A stretch of 64,000 nucleotides of DNA. Origin: Diplonema japonicum (Eukaryota; Protista; Euglenozoa: Diplonemea). The stretch lies in NCBI GenBank assembly GCA_964019335.1, contig OZ025693.1:248001-312000 (forward strand), in the 5' to 3' direction. Below, in pieces: positions 10,789 to 22,300 of the stretch (position 1 is its first letter; the number at the start of each line of letters is the position of its first letter). The notes below the pieces were generated by a model. It was not told the origin of the DNA. It saw only the letters and a list, made by a program, of their open reading frames with translations, and made no database searches. A program made the position numbers and the translations under genes.

Positions 10789-12861
10789 TCACCAAGGAAT
10801 TTGGATGACGATTACAGGGCCCATGTGCGATATCCACACACCCACAATGAAAAACATGAGGATCATAACGATTTCCATGAGCTCTGCGATGGCCTCGTCG
10901 CCTAGAAGCGCTGCGTAGCCGGAGAAGTAGGCAGCTGTTTTGCTCCAGATCGATTTGCGGGACTGCGGCTCCGTCTCCTCCCGCATGATGACATCTGAGG
11001 TGAAGAGGACCCTGGACGTCTTGACTCCAGACGGCTTGCGATAGACACCCCAGCCCTCCTTGCGCCCGAACCGCACAGCAACATATAATATCGACTCAGC
11101 CGTGTAGAAGACTGTGTTCCCGTTGGGGGTCCCGTTGTAGAACACGGATGAGGTCCGGTTTCCATTGAGGTAGGTTAGGACACCCTTCCCATGGGGAACA
11201 CCTTGCTTCACTTTCCCTGTGTACTGAATGGATTCACCAGGTGATATTATCGTGAGATTGCCTTCCCCGTGTGCGGCCCCGATGCGGGCAACAAGGGTCT
11301 TCTCAAGTGTTCCGTGAAACGGGTTTCCGTTCAGTGTGCCGTTCACGGTTCCGGTAACGGAAGTCCCATCGAAATACCCGGAAAGGACCGTGTTTGTTTT
11401 TGGGTCGGTTAAGGTCCCGTACCCTTTGAGTTTTTCACCGTGGCATGTGCCGGTGTACGTCATGGGAAAGAGTGTTACGTTGCATAGACCGACAGGTTTT
11501 GTTGCACCTATTCTGCCGTTTTTCCATTTGATAAACGGACAGGTGTCGAAAGTGATTTCATAATCGAGCTCGACGTGCCCTTCAAAAGTGTCTTCGGAGC
11601 TCCTTTTCGGTGCGGTTGAGACGCGTTCCCCGTTGCACGTTATCTCGTATTCCGACGGGACACCTTTGTCCCACCATGCTGATATCTTGCAAGGCGAGGA
11701 CATCAGTACACCGCGTCCGTGGTATTTGTCATGGTGCCACGACCCGGAAAAACCACCGCAAGAACAGTTTAGCGTTCCTTCACCATGCCTCTGTCCGGTC
11801 TGGAACTCCCCTCGGTATTGGCATTTGTTCGGGCCGCGGGAAATCCCTCTTCCGTGCGGGTGTCCGTTTTTGAATTTTCCGGTGAAGGTAGTGTTAGGTG
11901 TTTGAAGGTGACCAAACCCGTGAGGTGTTGGTTCGTTAGGTTTCTCCGGATCGATTTCGATTTGACCAGTGTACGAGTACTCGGGTAGGGAAAGATACCC
12001 AGATGACGGTGTTCCCCTGTAATAGTGCTCGTCGGTCTGCCCGAAGATCTCTAGGTGGGGCTCCGGATCCGGTTTGTTCTCGAGAAGCCGCTTGGCGATT
12101 TTTCTAGCGCGTCTTTTGAACTCTGGTTCAGATTCAGAGTTTTCAGGGTCGAAGAATGCAATTGCGTGGCCGTCAAACATTCTTCTTAGCTCCGGGAAGT
12201 CGTTCACATCAAAGACCTTACCGTCCATGGAGTCCCATTTTTTCTCAGTTTTCGGTGTTAACGATGCTTTTGGAACATCCCATTGAAAGGGGATAGTGTC
12301 GTAGCCATCTGTAAGATCTGCCTTGCCTCTTTTAAATGTCTTGTGGTCGTAGTCTTCAAAATCCGGATCGGTTTCAGAGTCTTCTTCATCATTGTCGTTT
12401 TCATTTTCGTTGAAGTTCAATGGTGCTTCTTCTTTTTGTGGAGGGGGCGGTGGTGTCATGTCTTTGAGTTTGTTCTTCAGCGCTTCCATGATATCCTGGA
12501 CTACCTTGTCCCTCCCGTCGAAGGATGTTTTTTCGTTTTGTGTGTTTTCCTTGACTTCTTTGTACTGTTCTCTGTCCATTTTTTCCTTCCACGCCGCGAC
12601 CCCCGGGTTGCTCTCCATCAGGTCCTTCAAATTGAACTCGAAAACCTTTGTTTTTGTGTCTTGTTTTTTCGCGATCTTGTCCTTCGCGTGTTTCTCCAGC
12701 AGGTTCCTTGCCGTTCTGAGGGCTTCGTTGCCGTTCTTGGGGTATTTTTTGGTTATGTCTTTTCGGGCCTTTTCGAGTTCAGAGACCAGACCCTCATAAT
12801 CTTCCTCAAAACCAGCCTCGCCGAAAGCCAGCAATGTGAGCAATGCAATGAGAAGCTTCAT
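10789..12861 (-). CDS. MORN-repeat protein with signal peptide and C-terminal transmembrane helix
   Basis: Leader MKLLIALLTLLAFGEAG; repeats such as YRGEFQTGQRHGEGTL and YTGKVKQGVPHGKGVLTY; hydrophobic C-terminus IVMILMFFIVGVWI. Confidence 0.8.
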   Translation of the reverse strand: MKLLIALLTLLAFGEAGFEEDYEGLVSELEKARKDITKKYPKNGNEALRTARNLLEKHAKDKIAKKQDTKTKVFEFNLKDLMESNPGVAAWKEKMDREQYKEVKENTQNEKTSFDGRDKVVQDIMEALKNKLKDMTPPPPPQKEEAPLNFNENENDNDEEDSETDPDFEDYDHKTFKRGKADLTDGYDTIPFQWDVPKASLTPKTEKKWDSMDGKVFDVNDFPELRRMFDGHAIAFFDPENSESEPEFKRRARKIAKRLLENKPDPEPHLEIFGQTDEHYYRGTPSSGYLSLPEYSYTGQIEIDPEKPNEPTPHGFGHLQTPNTTFTGKFKNGHPHGRGISRGPNKCQYRGEFQTGQRHGEGTLNCSCGGFSGSWHHDKYHGRGVLMSSPCKISAWWDKGVPSEYEITCNGERVSTAPKRSSEDTFEGHVELDYEITFDTCPFIKWKNGRIGATKPVGLCNVTLFPMTYTGTCHGEKLKGYGTLTDPKTNTVLSGYFDGTSVTGTVNGTLNGNPFHGTLEKTLVARIGAAHGEGNLTIISPGESIQYTGKVKQGVPHGKGVLTYLNGNRTSSVFYNGTPNGNTVFYTAESILYVAVRFGRKEGWGVYRKPSGVKTSRVLFTSDVIMREETEPQSRKSIWSKTAAYFSGYAALLGDEAIAELMEIVMILMFFIVGVWISHMGPVIVIQIPW

Positions 12862-12886
12862 GTTCCACCCCCCCCTTCCCACAACC

Positions 12887-13957
12887 TTATGTGCAATGAA
12901 ACAAGAAAAAAAACAAGTAGGGGGGGAGAAAAAAAAGAAACTGATCGAAAATTCGCATCTCGCTTCTAGGGACCCCTTTACATATGTGTGGGGATGTGGC
13001 TTCATCGGATATTCTCCTAGCGGACTCTAGGTCACCCTCACGGGAGTACGCCAGGGCGAGCTCACGCCATAGAGAAACGTGGTATCGCTTGTTCCCAAAC
13101 CGATCGTAGACGTAACGAGGGAGCGTGGCGAACCCATCATGCTGTTGCAACCGGATAGCAAGGTCTGGTCGGCCTACCCGGTTGTAAGCATGCATTAGAG
13201 ACGCGTACAAAGTCGCAGTTAAAATGACAGTGCCGTGGTACTCATTAAAAATATCTGTTAAATCATCTGCGGTGTGTGCGTGTGGGAATAGACCCGCAAG
13301 TGTAGCGGTGACAGGGGCCGGGTTTGCAGGATCTGCCCATTCCCGAGAAATTTCATCCCACAACCCCGCAGAGGCAAGCACGCGAAGGTAGCACGTGAGA
13401 TGTATTATATTTGCTTCGAGACGGATTCCCGAGTACAAATGCCGGCCCCATTCCACATCGCCCAGCCTTGCGCAAAGATCCAATGCAGCTCCGTAGCAAG
13501 GGGCGTCTGCGGTGTGTTTGATCTCGTTCCAGATTGTCTTGCAGTCGTTAAGAACAGTCCGTCGGTCTTCTCTTTTCCCGCATCGTGTCAGAGCCGATAG
13601 CAGTATGGCGCCCCATGTTGGGTCGGTAACGGGTTCTTTGTTTAAATATTTGCGGATTTCTTGTATTGATGAGTAACCGGCTGGGTCTTGGACCTCACCC
13701 AGCCTCTGCACGGCTGCTGATAGGGTTGCGATGTCGGGGGTGTTCGACTGGTGCAAGGTAGCGAGGACGCTTTGGCTTGTCTTGCAGTTTCCGATTTCCC
13801 GCCTAGTAAGGTAATGTACTCCCCCGCCTTTTATCGGAGATACTGGTCTGTCGTGCCCCGTGTTTGTTATGGAAATGTTGCCTTTGTTCCACTTCGTTTG
13901 CCGGCAGTCTGAGTGGAGTTTTCTTTTCGTTATGCTACGCAGTTTTAAAAACTGCAT
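12887..13957 (-). CDS. Pentatricopeptide repeat (PPR) protein, probably mitochondrial
   Basis: PPR-like units (CYGAALDLCARLGDVEWG, LYASLMHAYNRVGRPDLA) and a basic N-terminal presequence-like segment. Confidence 0.75.
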   Translation of the reverse strand: MQFLKLRSITKRKLHSDCRQTKWNKGNISITNTGHDRPVSPIKGGGVHYLTRREIGNCKTSQSVLATLHQSNTPDIATLSAAVQRLGEVQDPAGYSSIQEIRKYLNKEPVTDPTWGAILLSALTRCGKREDRRTVLNDCKTIWNEIKHTADAPCYGAALDLCARLGDVEWGRHLYSGIRLEANIIHLTCYLRVLASAGLWDEISREWADPANPAPVTATLAGLFPHAHTADDLTDIFNEYHGTVILTATLYASLMHAYNRVGRPDLAIRLQQHDGFATLPRYVYDRFGNKRYHVSLWRELALAYSREGDLESARRISDEATSPHICKGVPRSEMRIFDQFLFFLPPYLFFFLFHCT

Positions 13958-14071
13958 CTTTTTTTCTTCTTTTTTTTTTGGTGTTACGAATAGAGGGAAG
14001 GCGGGGGGGGGGGGGGGGGGGGGAAGAGGAAAGATTTAAAAGAAAGAAAAAAAAAAACAAATAAATCTTTC

Positions 14072-14680
14072 TTACTTCCGAACTTTCTTGTTCAACTGTG
14101 CCGCCATCATTGCCTCGAACTCGGTTATTTTGTCGGTTTTTCTCTTTTTTTTCTCGTTTTGTTTCTGTTGCGCCTCCCGCTTGGCCTTGGCCTCTCTAGC
14201 GGCTTCTTCGGTTTTTAATTTCTCAGCTTGCTCGTTCTTCGCGATTTCTTCCTGCAGCTCGGCGTCAGACTTTCTGTGGCTGCGATTCTCCCGCTCTATC
14301 CACTCCTGATTCTTGTCGAGGAACTGAATTACCGTCCCAGCCCCGCCGCTGATTTCCTTCTGGATGTCACATGTATTAAGGAGGCCGGATACAGGGGCAT
14401 CCTGAGGGGTAAATTCGGCAGTTAATTCATCCTGGTCAACATATTCGGGTTCCGGCTCGTTAATCTTGGGTTTACCCTCAAACGGCGTTCTAGATATGTT
14501 CCCGGTGATGAAGTTGTTTGAAAGGCAGTAGTAGAAGACTTTGCCCTTCGCTGCATCGTGCCATTCCTCCCAATCCTCTTTCTTCCTCAGCTTGACACAG
14601 CCTTCCGTCGCCTTTGCGTGCTGCCGTTCGCTGTATTCCTTGCGTTCCTGCCTTGCCTGCTCGGCTGGGGTGAGACCCAT
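14072..14680 (-). CDS. Hypothetical protein with WW-like motif and Lys/Glu-rich coiled coil
   Basis: WEEWHDAAKGKVFYY resembles a WW domain. ATG at 14680 follows an A-rich tract. Confidence 0.6.
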   Translation of the reverse strand: MGLTPAEQARQERKEYSERQHAKATEGCVKLRKKEDWEEWHDAAKGKVFYYCLSNNFITGNISRTPFEGKPKINEPEPEYVDQDELTAEFTPQDAPVSGLLNTCDIQKEISGGAGTVIQFLDKNQEWIERENRSHRKSDAELQEEIAKNEQAEKLKTEEAAREAKAKREAQQKQNEKKKRKTDKITEFEAMMAAQLNKKVRK

Positions 14681-14792
14681 CTTCTTTTCTTTTTTCTTTT
14701 TCTTTTTAAAAAAAAACCCCCCCTCCACTTTACTCAAATTTGAAAAATCGAAAGTACTAAAAAAAAAAGGGGGGAGGAAAGGAAAGTAATGT

Positions 14793-15516
14793 TTAGCTTT
14801 TCCGTTTGGGTGTACACCATTCGGAAAAGCCTGGGTCATAAGCATCAAGGGTGATGGATTTGTAATTCTTACGTGGGTTGAGGTCGGGGAGCAGTAAACG
14901 GATAAAATGCCGAGCGAGCCAACGTGTGGCAGATCTACGGACGAGGTCGGGTGCCCCAATCACATCGTGGAAGCTAATTAGAAAGATAACAGGGGAAAGC
15001 GGGTAAAAGGCCTCGAAGGTGAGGACTGAGTCGGGAAAAGGGAAACGGGCCCGAGTTTCTTTAAGGCGGTGGCGTGCCTCTGCTTCTCGGATATGCAGCC
15101 TCCCACTCATCCCGCAGTACGGGTGTTCTGAAACATCCAGTTTGCACCAGTCACATTTCTCACTGCTGTTGAACTTCCCCGTCTTAGGTGTGCCTGTTTT
15201 GGTTAGTTTTGTCAGCTCTTCTCGCATCTTTGCCATCTCCATCTCCATGGTTTCCAGGTTTTGGTTTTTCTTCTCGAGTTCTTCTACCCTTTTCAACAAT
15301 TGGGTCATCACGTGGGTCTGTTCGCTGTGCGCTGGGTCCTGAGGGAAGTGTCCCCCCCCCCCCCCCCCCCTTTTTTTTTTTAAAATACCGTGTCATTGCC
15401 GCGTTTCGTGAACTTGGAGTCCCCCACCACGCTGAAGATCGGGAAGGGTGGACTACTGCTCTGTGCTGCGGTCGCTGCGTCGCAACTTTTACACTTTGTT
15501 CCGGAGAGAGATGATG

Positions 15517-15550
<34 letters not shown>

Positions 15551-15645
15551 CTTTTCTTCTTCCTCTCACTATATACACACCATCCGTTCGCCGCATTCCA
15601 AGCACTCATTGTTGTAACATTTTCCACATTTCCCGTTCCCTCCGG

Positions 15646-15679
<34 letters not shown>

Positions 15680-15772
15680 TACATCATATATCAACTCGGC
15701 TGTATCGAAATACCCTTGGCATCTCGTGCATCTTGCTTGGGGTTTGTATTGTTTCGCCTTCAAAGCAGGCAT
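14793..15772 (-). CDS. Cys-rich putative zinc-finger/coiled-coil protein; 4 exons
   Basis: GT-AG introns 15647-15682, 15518-15580 and 15339-15388 give one open frame containing CTRC, CGKC, CLEC, CKSC, a coiled coil and CDWC...PYCGMSGRLH. Confidence 0.65.
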
Positions 15773-16469
15773 TTTCTTTTCCCTCCTCTTTCTTCCCCTC
15801 ACCCCCTTTTTTTTTTCTTCGACAAAATGGGGCAAGATAAAGGGGAGAAATAGAACAGGGTGTGTGGGGGAGCAGAAGAAGGAATCTCTTACTGGTAGTT
15901 TCGCAGTCGTAATTACAAGATGTTCTGCAAAAAAAAGGGGGGGAAAGAGAAAGGCCTAAGATGAAACGTGTGCTTTTTTTTTTTTTTTCTTATTTTTTTT
16001 CCCCCCCATCTAATGGTCCCACGCAATATGTGCGAGACAATGAATCAGTCATTTTCACGATAAGTACATCACAAGAACACCCCCCCCCCCCCCATCCCTT
16101 CAGTTTTTTTTTTTTGCTTTCTTTCATTAGAGAGAAACATTTATCAATGCACAAAAGACTTTAACAACACGGGGAGGGGGGGGGGGGGGGGGGCATAAAG
16201 GACTGGAGTTGATGTATCAGTCAAAGTCAGATTTTTCTTATGTCCCCTGCGATTTCCTTTTATACTGAAGCGTTTTGGTTGCACGCAACAAAGCGGCAAC
16301 CCAGTGACCCCTCAGAAACCAACAAAAAGAAAAAGAAGAAAACCAGCGGTCCTTTATGGGCTTATTCGCTTTTTTGAAAAATAAAAAGTTGTCTCGATTT
16401 TAGTGGTGCCATGCAGTATGTGACACAGCGGCCACCCTTGTGAAACTTCGCCCCGAAGCCTCCCAAGTC

Positions 16470-16814
16470 CCCTGTGGTCCCGTAGAAAGTAAAAGTGGAG
16501 AGGTAAAGAAAGCTTGGAAATTGAAATAGGGAGAGGGGCCACAGAAGCAATTAAACACCAACTGGAGAGTTGTGCGAGGCTTGCTTCACTGGCACGATGC
16601 CGCGGGGAGGCTACTTGCCTGACCTGGTGAAGCCACCTCCTTGTTCGATGTAATGGGATAAGGGACTCTCCGTTGAGGGCGATGCTAACTGGCGCCACGC
16701 GTAGGGTGGGCTCTCCACCCCCGTCCATGTTTCCCCACGTGTACGGCTTTAGAACGAGAGTTTCCCTTTCGCTTGTGTTTCTCCAAACCACAATTACCAG
16801 GAACCACCACAGGG
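16470..16814 (-). ncRNA. Candidate structured RNA (long nested helices), identity unknown
   Basis: Nested pairings 16470-78/16806-14, 16554-63/16687-96 (G-U rich on minus strand), 16564-70/16665-71 and 16583-89/16627-33. Confidence 0.35.
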
Positions 16815-16952
16815 AGGTTGGAAACATTGGTCCCCTAAAAAAAAATTTATAACAATTGGAAAGTAAAATGGGGACAACAACACAAACACTTTTTTCTTTT
16901 TCTCCCCCCCCCCTCATGTCGTCGTCTTCTTTGTTTTTTTCTTAAAATTCTT

Positions 16953-19076
16953 TTAACGCCCGAAAAAACCCCATTTTTTCTTCTCCTTCTGGGGCTGCGC
17001 TTTCAAGAACAACTCCTTGGCGAGATGAAGACGAAGAGCCAACGGCATCTCGAAGTTAAAATCCTTGAACTTTTCAGCCTGCCCAAGGAGGTCCACAGCA
17101 GCATCAAAATCACCGCTGGTGTAGTGCAGGCAAGAATACTCAAAAATCGCATATGGAAGAATCCAGCTTTCGGTTTTAAGAAGCTTTTTCCATTTTTTCG
17201 TGGGGTACTTCTCCGTGAGGTCCCGGTAGGCTGCTCTTGCCACGTCTTCGTCACCCGTCTCCTTTGCAGTGTTTGCTCTGATCAACTCAAGGATCGAGAT
17301 TTGCTCGTCATCTACAGTACTCTTGTAAGTCTCGATTGCCTTAGAAGCAAGGTTTTCGACTTCTTTGAGTTTTTCCAGTTCCATTTGAGAGAATGCGTTG
17401 AAGAGCATCATCAGTTCGATACCAGGGTGGAGGGTCTTTTCGAAATTGGTTTCTGTCCACATCTTCACTTTCCTTTCGATGAACTGCTCTACAGAGATCG
17501 TCCTGCCGCCGAACTTCTTCCCAAGGTACGTGAGGGACTGGTTGTAATATTTCACGGCGGATGCCTTGTCCCCTGCTTCGTCGTGGCAGGTTGCTATCGC
17601 GTAGCAGTTGAAGCACTTCGACCATTCCGACTCCTTCAGCAATAGCTCAAAAAATGGAATTGCGGCTTTGAAATCCAGTTTGTACATATGACACCAGGCT
17701 AATTCATAGTATGACACGTGGGTCAGTTGAATGAATTCTTCCTTTCTCCCAAGGCTGATCGCTTTTTGGAAGTTGGCTGTCGCTGCGTTCACGTCTCTTT
17801 TCAGTCTCGCTACCCTCCCGGCGACCCATAAATAGATGGCAGAGTTGCCGTGTTGTTTCAGCATCGTTTCGACGAGGGAGTCGGCTTTGGGAATTGCGTC
17901 CTTTGTGAGAACCGACGCAAAGGACGGGAGCAGACCGTGGAATCCTGTCAAGAATAGCCCCGCCACCGCGGATCGACACCCACCCCCTTCCAAAGCTTTG
18001 TTGAGATTGTCGAAACCCGTTTCACGATCGCACATAAAACCGAACAACGACAGCAACGCTAAAATCCTTGCAGGCATCGCAGAGAGAGAACAATTTATAG
18101 CACCAAGACCGAACTGCAAACCCCCGATGGTGTTGTACTCGTAAAAATGATACACCTCAGGGCCCCATTGTCCGAGCTTCGGGCCGGCTGGGGTGGCGGT
18201 TTTCCCGGGAGGGAGTCCTTTTGGAGACGTGGACGGAATTTTGGATTTTTTCAAAGTTGAATCAACCTGTTTGGAAAGGGCTTCGATGTCAACGTAACCC
18301 CTGCGAAGTCCGATCCCAGCTCGGACATGCGACATTATACTGTCCTCCGTCAACAGCAAGATAGATTTTAAGAGGTTCGCGTCTGTCGCTGCAACACGCG
18401 CACGAATGTAACAGTTTGTGACGGGCTTCGATCCGGACCAAAGTGACTTAATCGAGGATGCTATGTTAACAGGCGGCGCGATTTGGTTTGCGATGCATTG
18501 TGTTCGCGCAATGCGTCGGCGAGCCTCCTTCATGTCCTTTGGTGCGAAGGACATTACAGCGCGAAGAAACCCCACCGTTGCCCAGGCAACGCTAGCCAAC
18601 GGGTCCTTTGTCGACATTTCCTCATACAGAGCTTCTGCTTTGGCGTACTCGTTATTCATGAAGAGGTTGACGCCTTCTTGAATGCGTTCGTCGATCTTGT
18701 TCTGTTCTTCCAACGACAGTGCATGTGCGGCTTCAATGACACTTTTGTCCAATACGATTTTCTCCACCTGTTCCAGCATTTCTTCGATGTCCATGACAAG
18801 GGTGAGCGTGTCCCCTGCCTTTGCCATCTCCTTGCTGAACTCCGTATCGTTGGCTACGATAACGTCGTTGACTTCCAAAATTCTCATTTTTGGTTTCACA
18901 CCGGCTTCCTCTGCAGCACTGCCTGCTTCCACGCTGTCGACCATCATTGTGTCCACATCCCTCACCCAGCCTATTTTGCCGTCTTTCTTTGTTAATGTTA
19001 ATTTCAACAGCCTTTCATCTTGCGTGTTATTTGCTTGTTTCAGCAACTCCGCGTCACGGGAATCCAGCTCAGCCAT
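16953..19076 (-). CDS. PDZ domain + TTC39/Iml2 (DUF3808) TPR protein
   Basis: N-terminal PDZ (VEAGSAAEEAGVKPKMRILEVN); TTC39 motifs LLSLFGFMCDRETG, HVSYYELAWC, ESEWSKC and FNFEMPLALRLH. Confidence 0.82.
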   Translation of the reverse strand: MAELDSRDAELLKQANNTQDERLLKLTLTKKDGKIGWVRDVDTMMVDSVEAGSAAEEAGVKPKMRILEVNDVIVANDTEFSKEMAKAGDTLTLVMDIEEMLEQVEKIVLDKSVIEAAHALSLEEQNKIDERIQEGVNLFMNNEYAKAEALYEEMSTKDPLASVAWATVGFLRAVMSFAPKDMKEARRRIARTQCIANQIAPPVNIASSIKSLWSGSKPVTNCYIRARVAATDANLLKSILLLTEDSIMSHVRAGIGLRRGYVDIEALSKQVDSTLKKSKIPSTSPKGLPPGKTATPAGPKLGQWGPEVYHFYEYNTIGGLQFGLGAINCSLSAMPARILALLSLFGFMCDRETGFDNLNKALEGGGCRSAVAGLFLTGFHGLLPSFASVLTKDAIPKADSLVETMLKQHGNSAIYLWVAGRVARLKRDVNAATANFQKAISLGRKEEFIQLTHVSYYELAWCHMYKLDFKAAIPFFELLLKESEWSKCFNCYAIATCHDEAGDKASAVKYYNQSLTYLGKKFGGRTISVEQFIERKVKMWTETNFEKTLHPGIELMMLFNAFSQMELEKLKEVENLASKAIETYKSTVDDEQISILELIRANTAKETGDEDVARAAYRDLTEKYPTKKWKKLLKTESWILPYAIFEYSCLHYTSGDFDAAVDLLGQAEKFKDFNFEMPLALRLHLAKELFLKAQPQKEKKKWGFFGR

Positions 19077-19330
19077 ATAATATTTGGAATTTTCTGTGTG
19101 AAGGTAAATGTAAACATATGAAAAGGGAAGGAGAAAAAGTTTTTTTTTTTTTTTTCCCTTAAATCTTTTTTGTTGAAACATATGCAGGGGGGAGGGGGAA
19201 GAGTGTGAGAGTGTGTTGAGATTGTTAAACAAAAAAAAAAAAACTTTTTTTTCGGTTTGGTTCCTTTTGGAAAAAAAGACCTTTTTTTTTTCTTCCTTCT
19301 TTTTCTTTTTTTCAAAAAAAAAGCACGCTT

Positions 19331-22300
19331 CTAGTCTTCCTCAGACGAGTCGCTTCCGTACTCTGCAGCGAGTTCCTTTTCGCTGATTTCAAGAAGCTGC
19401 ACCTCGGGGGAGGATATTTGCACGGTCCTCACAACCCCAAGCAGGTTCTTCTGGACAATGTAGCGCAGCTCTCCAACCCCGCAATTGTTAAGCGATTTCA
19501 ACGGCATGATGGAGGAGTACACCTCGCGCAAAGTCTGCTTAGGTACACTGGGTGCCAGAACCATTCTGATCATCGCTTTGATGTTTGGAAGCGAACGCCT
19601 CTGGTTCAGCCTCCTGGAAACCACACCTACCTCTTTGAAACACCTCCACGCGGCATCACAATTACCCGCGACGGTATGATAAAGCCCAGCTGAATAATGG
19701 TAACACGGTGTGAGGAAAGGGAAGATTTCAATCGGAACGCTGAGTTCCGTCAAAAGTTTCGAAGCTTGTTTGAGATAATGTGTTGGGTTGCGCAAGTCCG
19801 ACTGCCCGACCAGCTTTTCAATCGCTAGGAGAAATCCCTGAAGCGCGTACAAAACACCGAAAAGACACAACGGCGTTTTGACAGACGGTATAGTAATACC
19901 ACTCACCAGCTCGGAAAGCCCACTGATGGAAGGGGTAGGTACCCTGGACAAACAAACACACTTCACCCCGATCAACAACGACACCAAGGATACGTCATGC
20001 ATATTGGAATCAGAGATTCTAAATGCAGCGCTGAGTCGGTCGGATTCTGTTGAAGAAAGCCACTCCCTTCGAGGCATGAAAGGGTTGAAATCCACATAAC
20101 CCACCGCAGCCAGCTTCAAAACAGACGTTTCAAAGTTCAACGCAAGCGCCGTTCTGAGTATCTCAGAGTAGCAATCCCATCTTAAATCTTTCATCGCCGT
20201 CGCCGATTCTTTACACGTTTTCAGATATTCGTAACCAGCTCGACCTTCACCAGAGAGTAAACAATATACCCCCAACGAGCACAGTAAGTGATGGTAATCT
20301 GAAGGCCTGGGAATGGCACCAACTTCGCTTTCCTCATATGACATGTTCAAAGCTTGATCTACCGTACACGCGATAACAGGTGTAATGGTTAGCATGTCAG
20401 GGAGCATGCACAGTGCTGAGGTTTCCAGTTGTTTTTCTATTTCCCACGATGTGAACATAATTAGTACGCCCAGCGAGGTGTTCCGGTACACCGGCGGGGG
20501 TTCGCATGAAGTAGGCCGTTTGTGAAGAAACTGAATAGCAGGGTGCAGGACCCCCCCGTTGTCGATCTCGTTCTCCGCGATTATCTCCGCCAGCCACAAG
20601 CACTGCTCGTAATTGTCCTGCCATAGGAAAATAAGAAACAATGTGGACACCGCTTGGGTGAGCCGGGGGTTTAAAATGATGTTTTTCGACCGGCAACAGA
20701 ATATTTTAGACAGTCTTGGTTCCTTCAAAGGGCAGTTAACGGCTTCCAACTCTCGAATCGCCGCTTCGGCCGCTCCGTTTAAATCTCCCAATTCGTACGC
20801 ACAGAGAATCTGGTCTATGGCGAGCGTCTCGCGTTGTTCCGACGTGGTCTCCCATATTTCGTCGCCAGCTCCTTCTAAACAATGTTTTACATCTGTCATG
20901 AACTCCAGCGCGCTGTGAAAATCTCCGTTCCGTATCGCTCCGTTCTTCGCAGATTCTGCGTACGGCAGCGCTTCGCCGAACTTCTCACACCCAATAAAAT
21001 GCTTGCAGATAACCTCCGAAGGTGCGTTGAGGCCAACCAACACACTGGATACAATTTCGTGAAGTTTCTTCCGTTCAGATGTTAACAGGGTTTTGTAAAT
21101 AATATCCTTGTCGATGGACCGCGTGAAGGAAAGCGTCGCGCCTTCCGAAATGATGAACTCAGTCTCACACAGGCTGGCGATGACCTGTTCGGGGCTTTCA
21201 AAAGAATCATCTTTCATGATGCAGAATTTCAGAACAGAACGCTGGAAATGGTATCCGATAACGGAGCAGACCCTCAATACAGATTTGATCTTTAATGTCA
21301 AGCCGTCCATGCGGCACAGCAACGCGGATTCGACTGTAGGTATCGCAGGGACAATGACGTCCTCAACATCCCGTTCAGACAGCGATACCACCTTCCCGTT
21401 CGGCAGAACAACGATTTTCCCAGCGTTGTACAAAGAGGTTGTGATTGATACAACGAGCCCTGGGACGCCGCCGGACTTATCCACAATCATGTCAACCAGC
21501 TTGCTATCGACATGGGTGGCTGTGAGGCAGTACAGAACCAATTCGATGACGCTTTCCTTGTCGAAATTGACAAGGTTAACCGTCGCACAGAGTTCTGACC
21601 TCATCATTGTATCCTGCATGTTGCACTCGATTCGCTCCATGAACATGCCTCCGATATCTGTCACGGACGCTGTCGATTCCGTGTCGTCTCGCCGAAGAGA
21701 TTCATCGTGTACAGAAGATTTTCTTGACACACGTCTGCTCGTTGGTCCTAACATTGTTTCCCCACATTTTTCTGTCATGAGGCAGTGAACCCCTCTTTGT
21801 ACCGCTGCGAAGATCAGCCCCCATGACGCATTATCAACATCTTGTGCGTCGTCTATAAGGAACACAAACGGCCACCCGCATTTTCTTTTGAACAACGCCA
21901 GCAACGCTTCATTGATCAGCTCTATTTTCTGCTCCGCGGGAAGCTTTTGATGCTCCTCGTCCGGTACCGGTATGCCCTCCAAACGCACCACATAGTGCAT
22001 CATCGGGATGAGATTCTGAAGCTGTTCATCGCCTCCACAATCAATTTTTACGTTGAACCCTTCCAGCATTGCCTTTACCCCGTTCCTCACTGCTGAGTAA
22101 TATGAAGTATCTCGCCCGCTGAAAGACATCGGTGTCACGTTTTTGTTGCCCAGGAGTTCTTGCGCCTTTGCCAACAGTGTTGATTTCCCGGACTTAGGTG
22201 TTCCCTTTATCAACAACGCCTTCAGCCCGATCTTTGTACTCCATTCTCTCGGTGTTGTTATTTCCTTCGGAAGCACGGCTCGGAACCTGCCATCCTTGGC

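Noticed and set aside
16354-16917. 187-aa minus-strand ORF
   Set aside because: No motifs and a low-complexity start; better explained as non-coding structured sequence.
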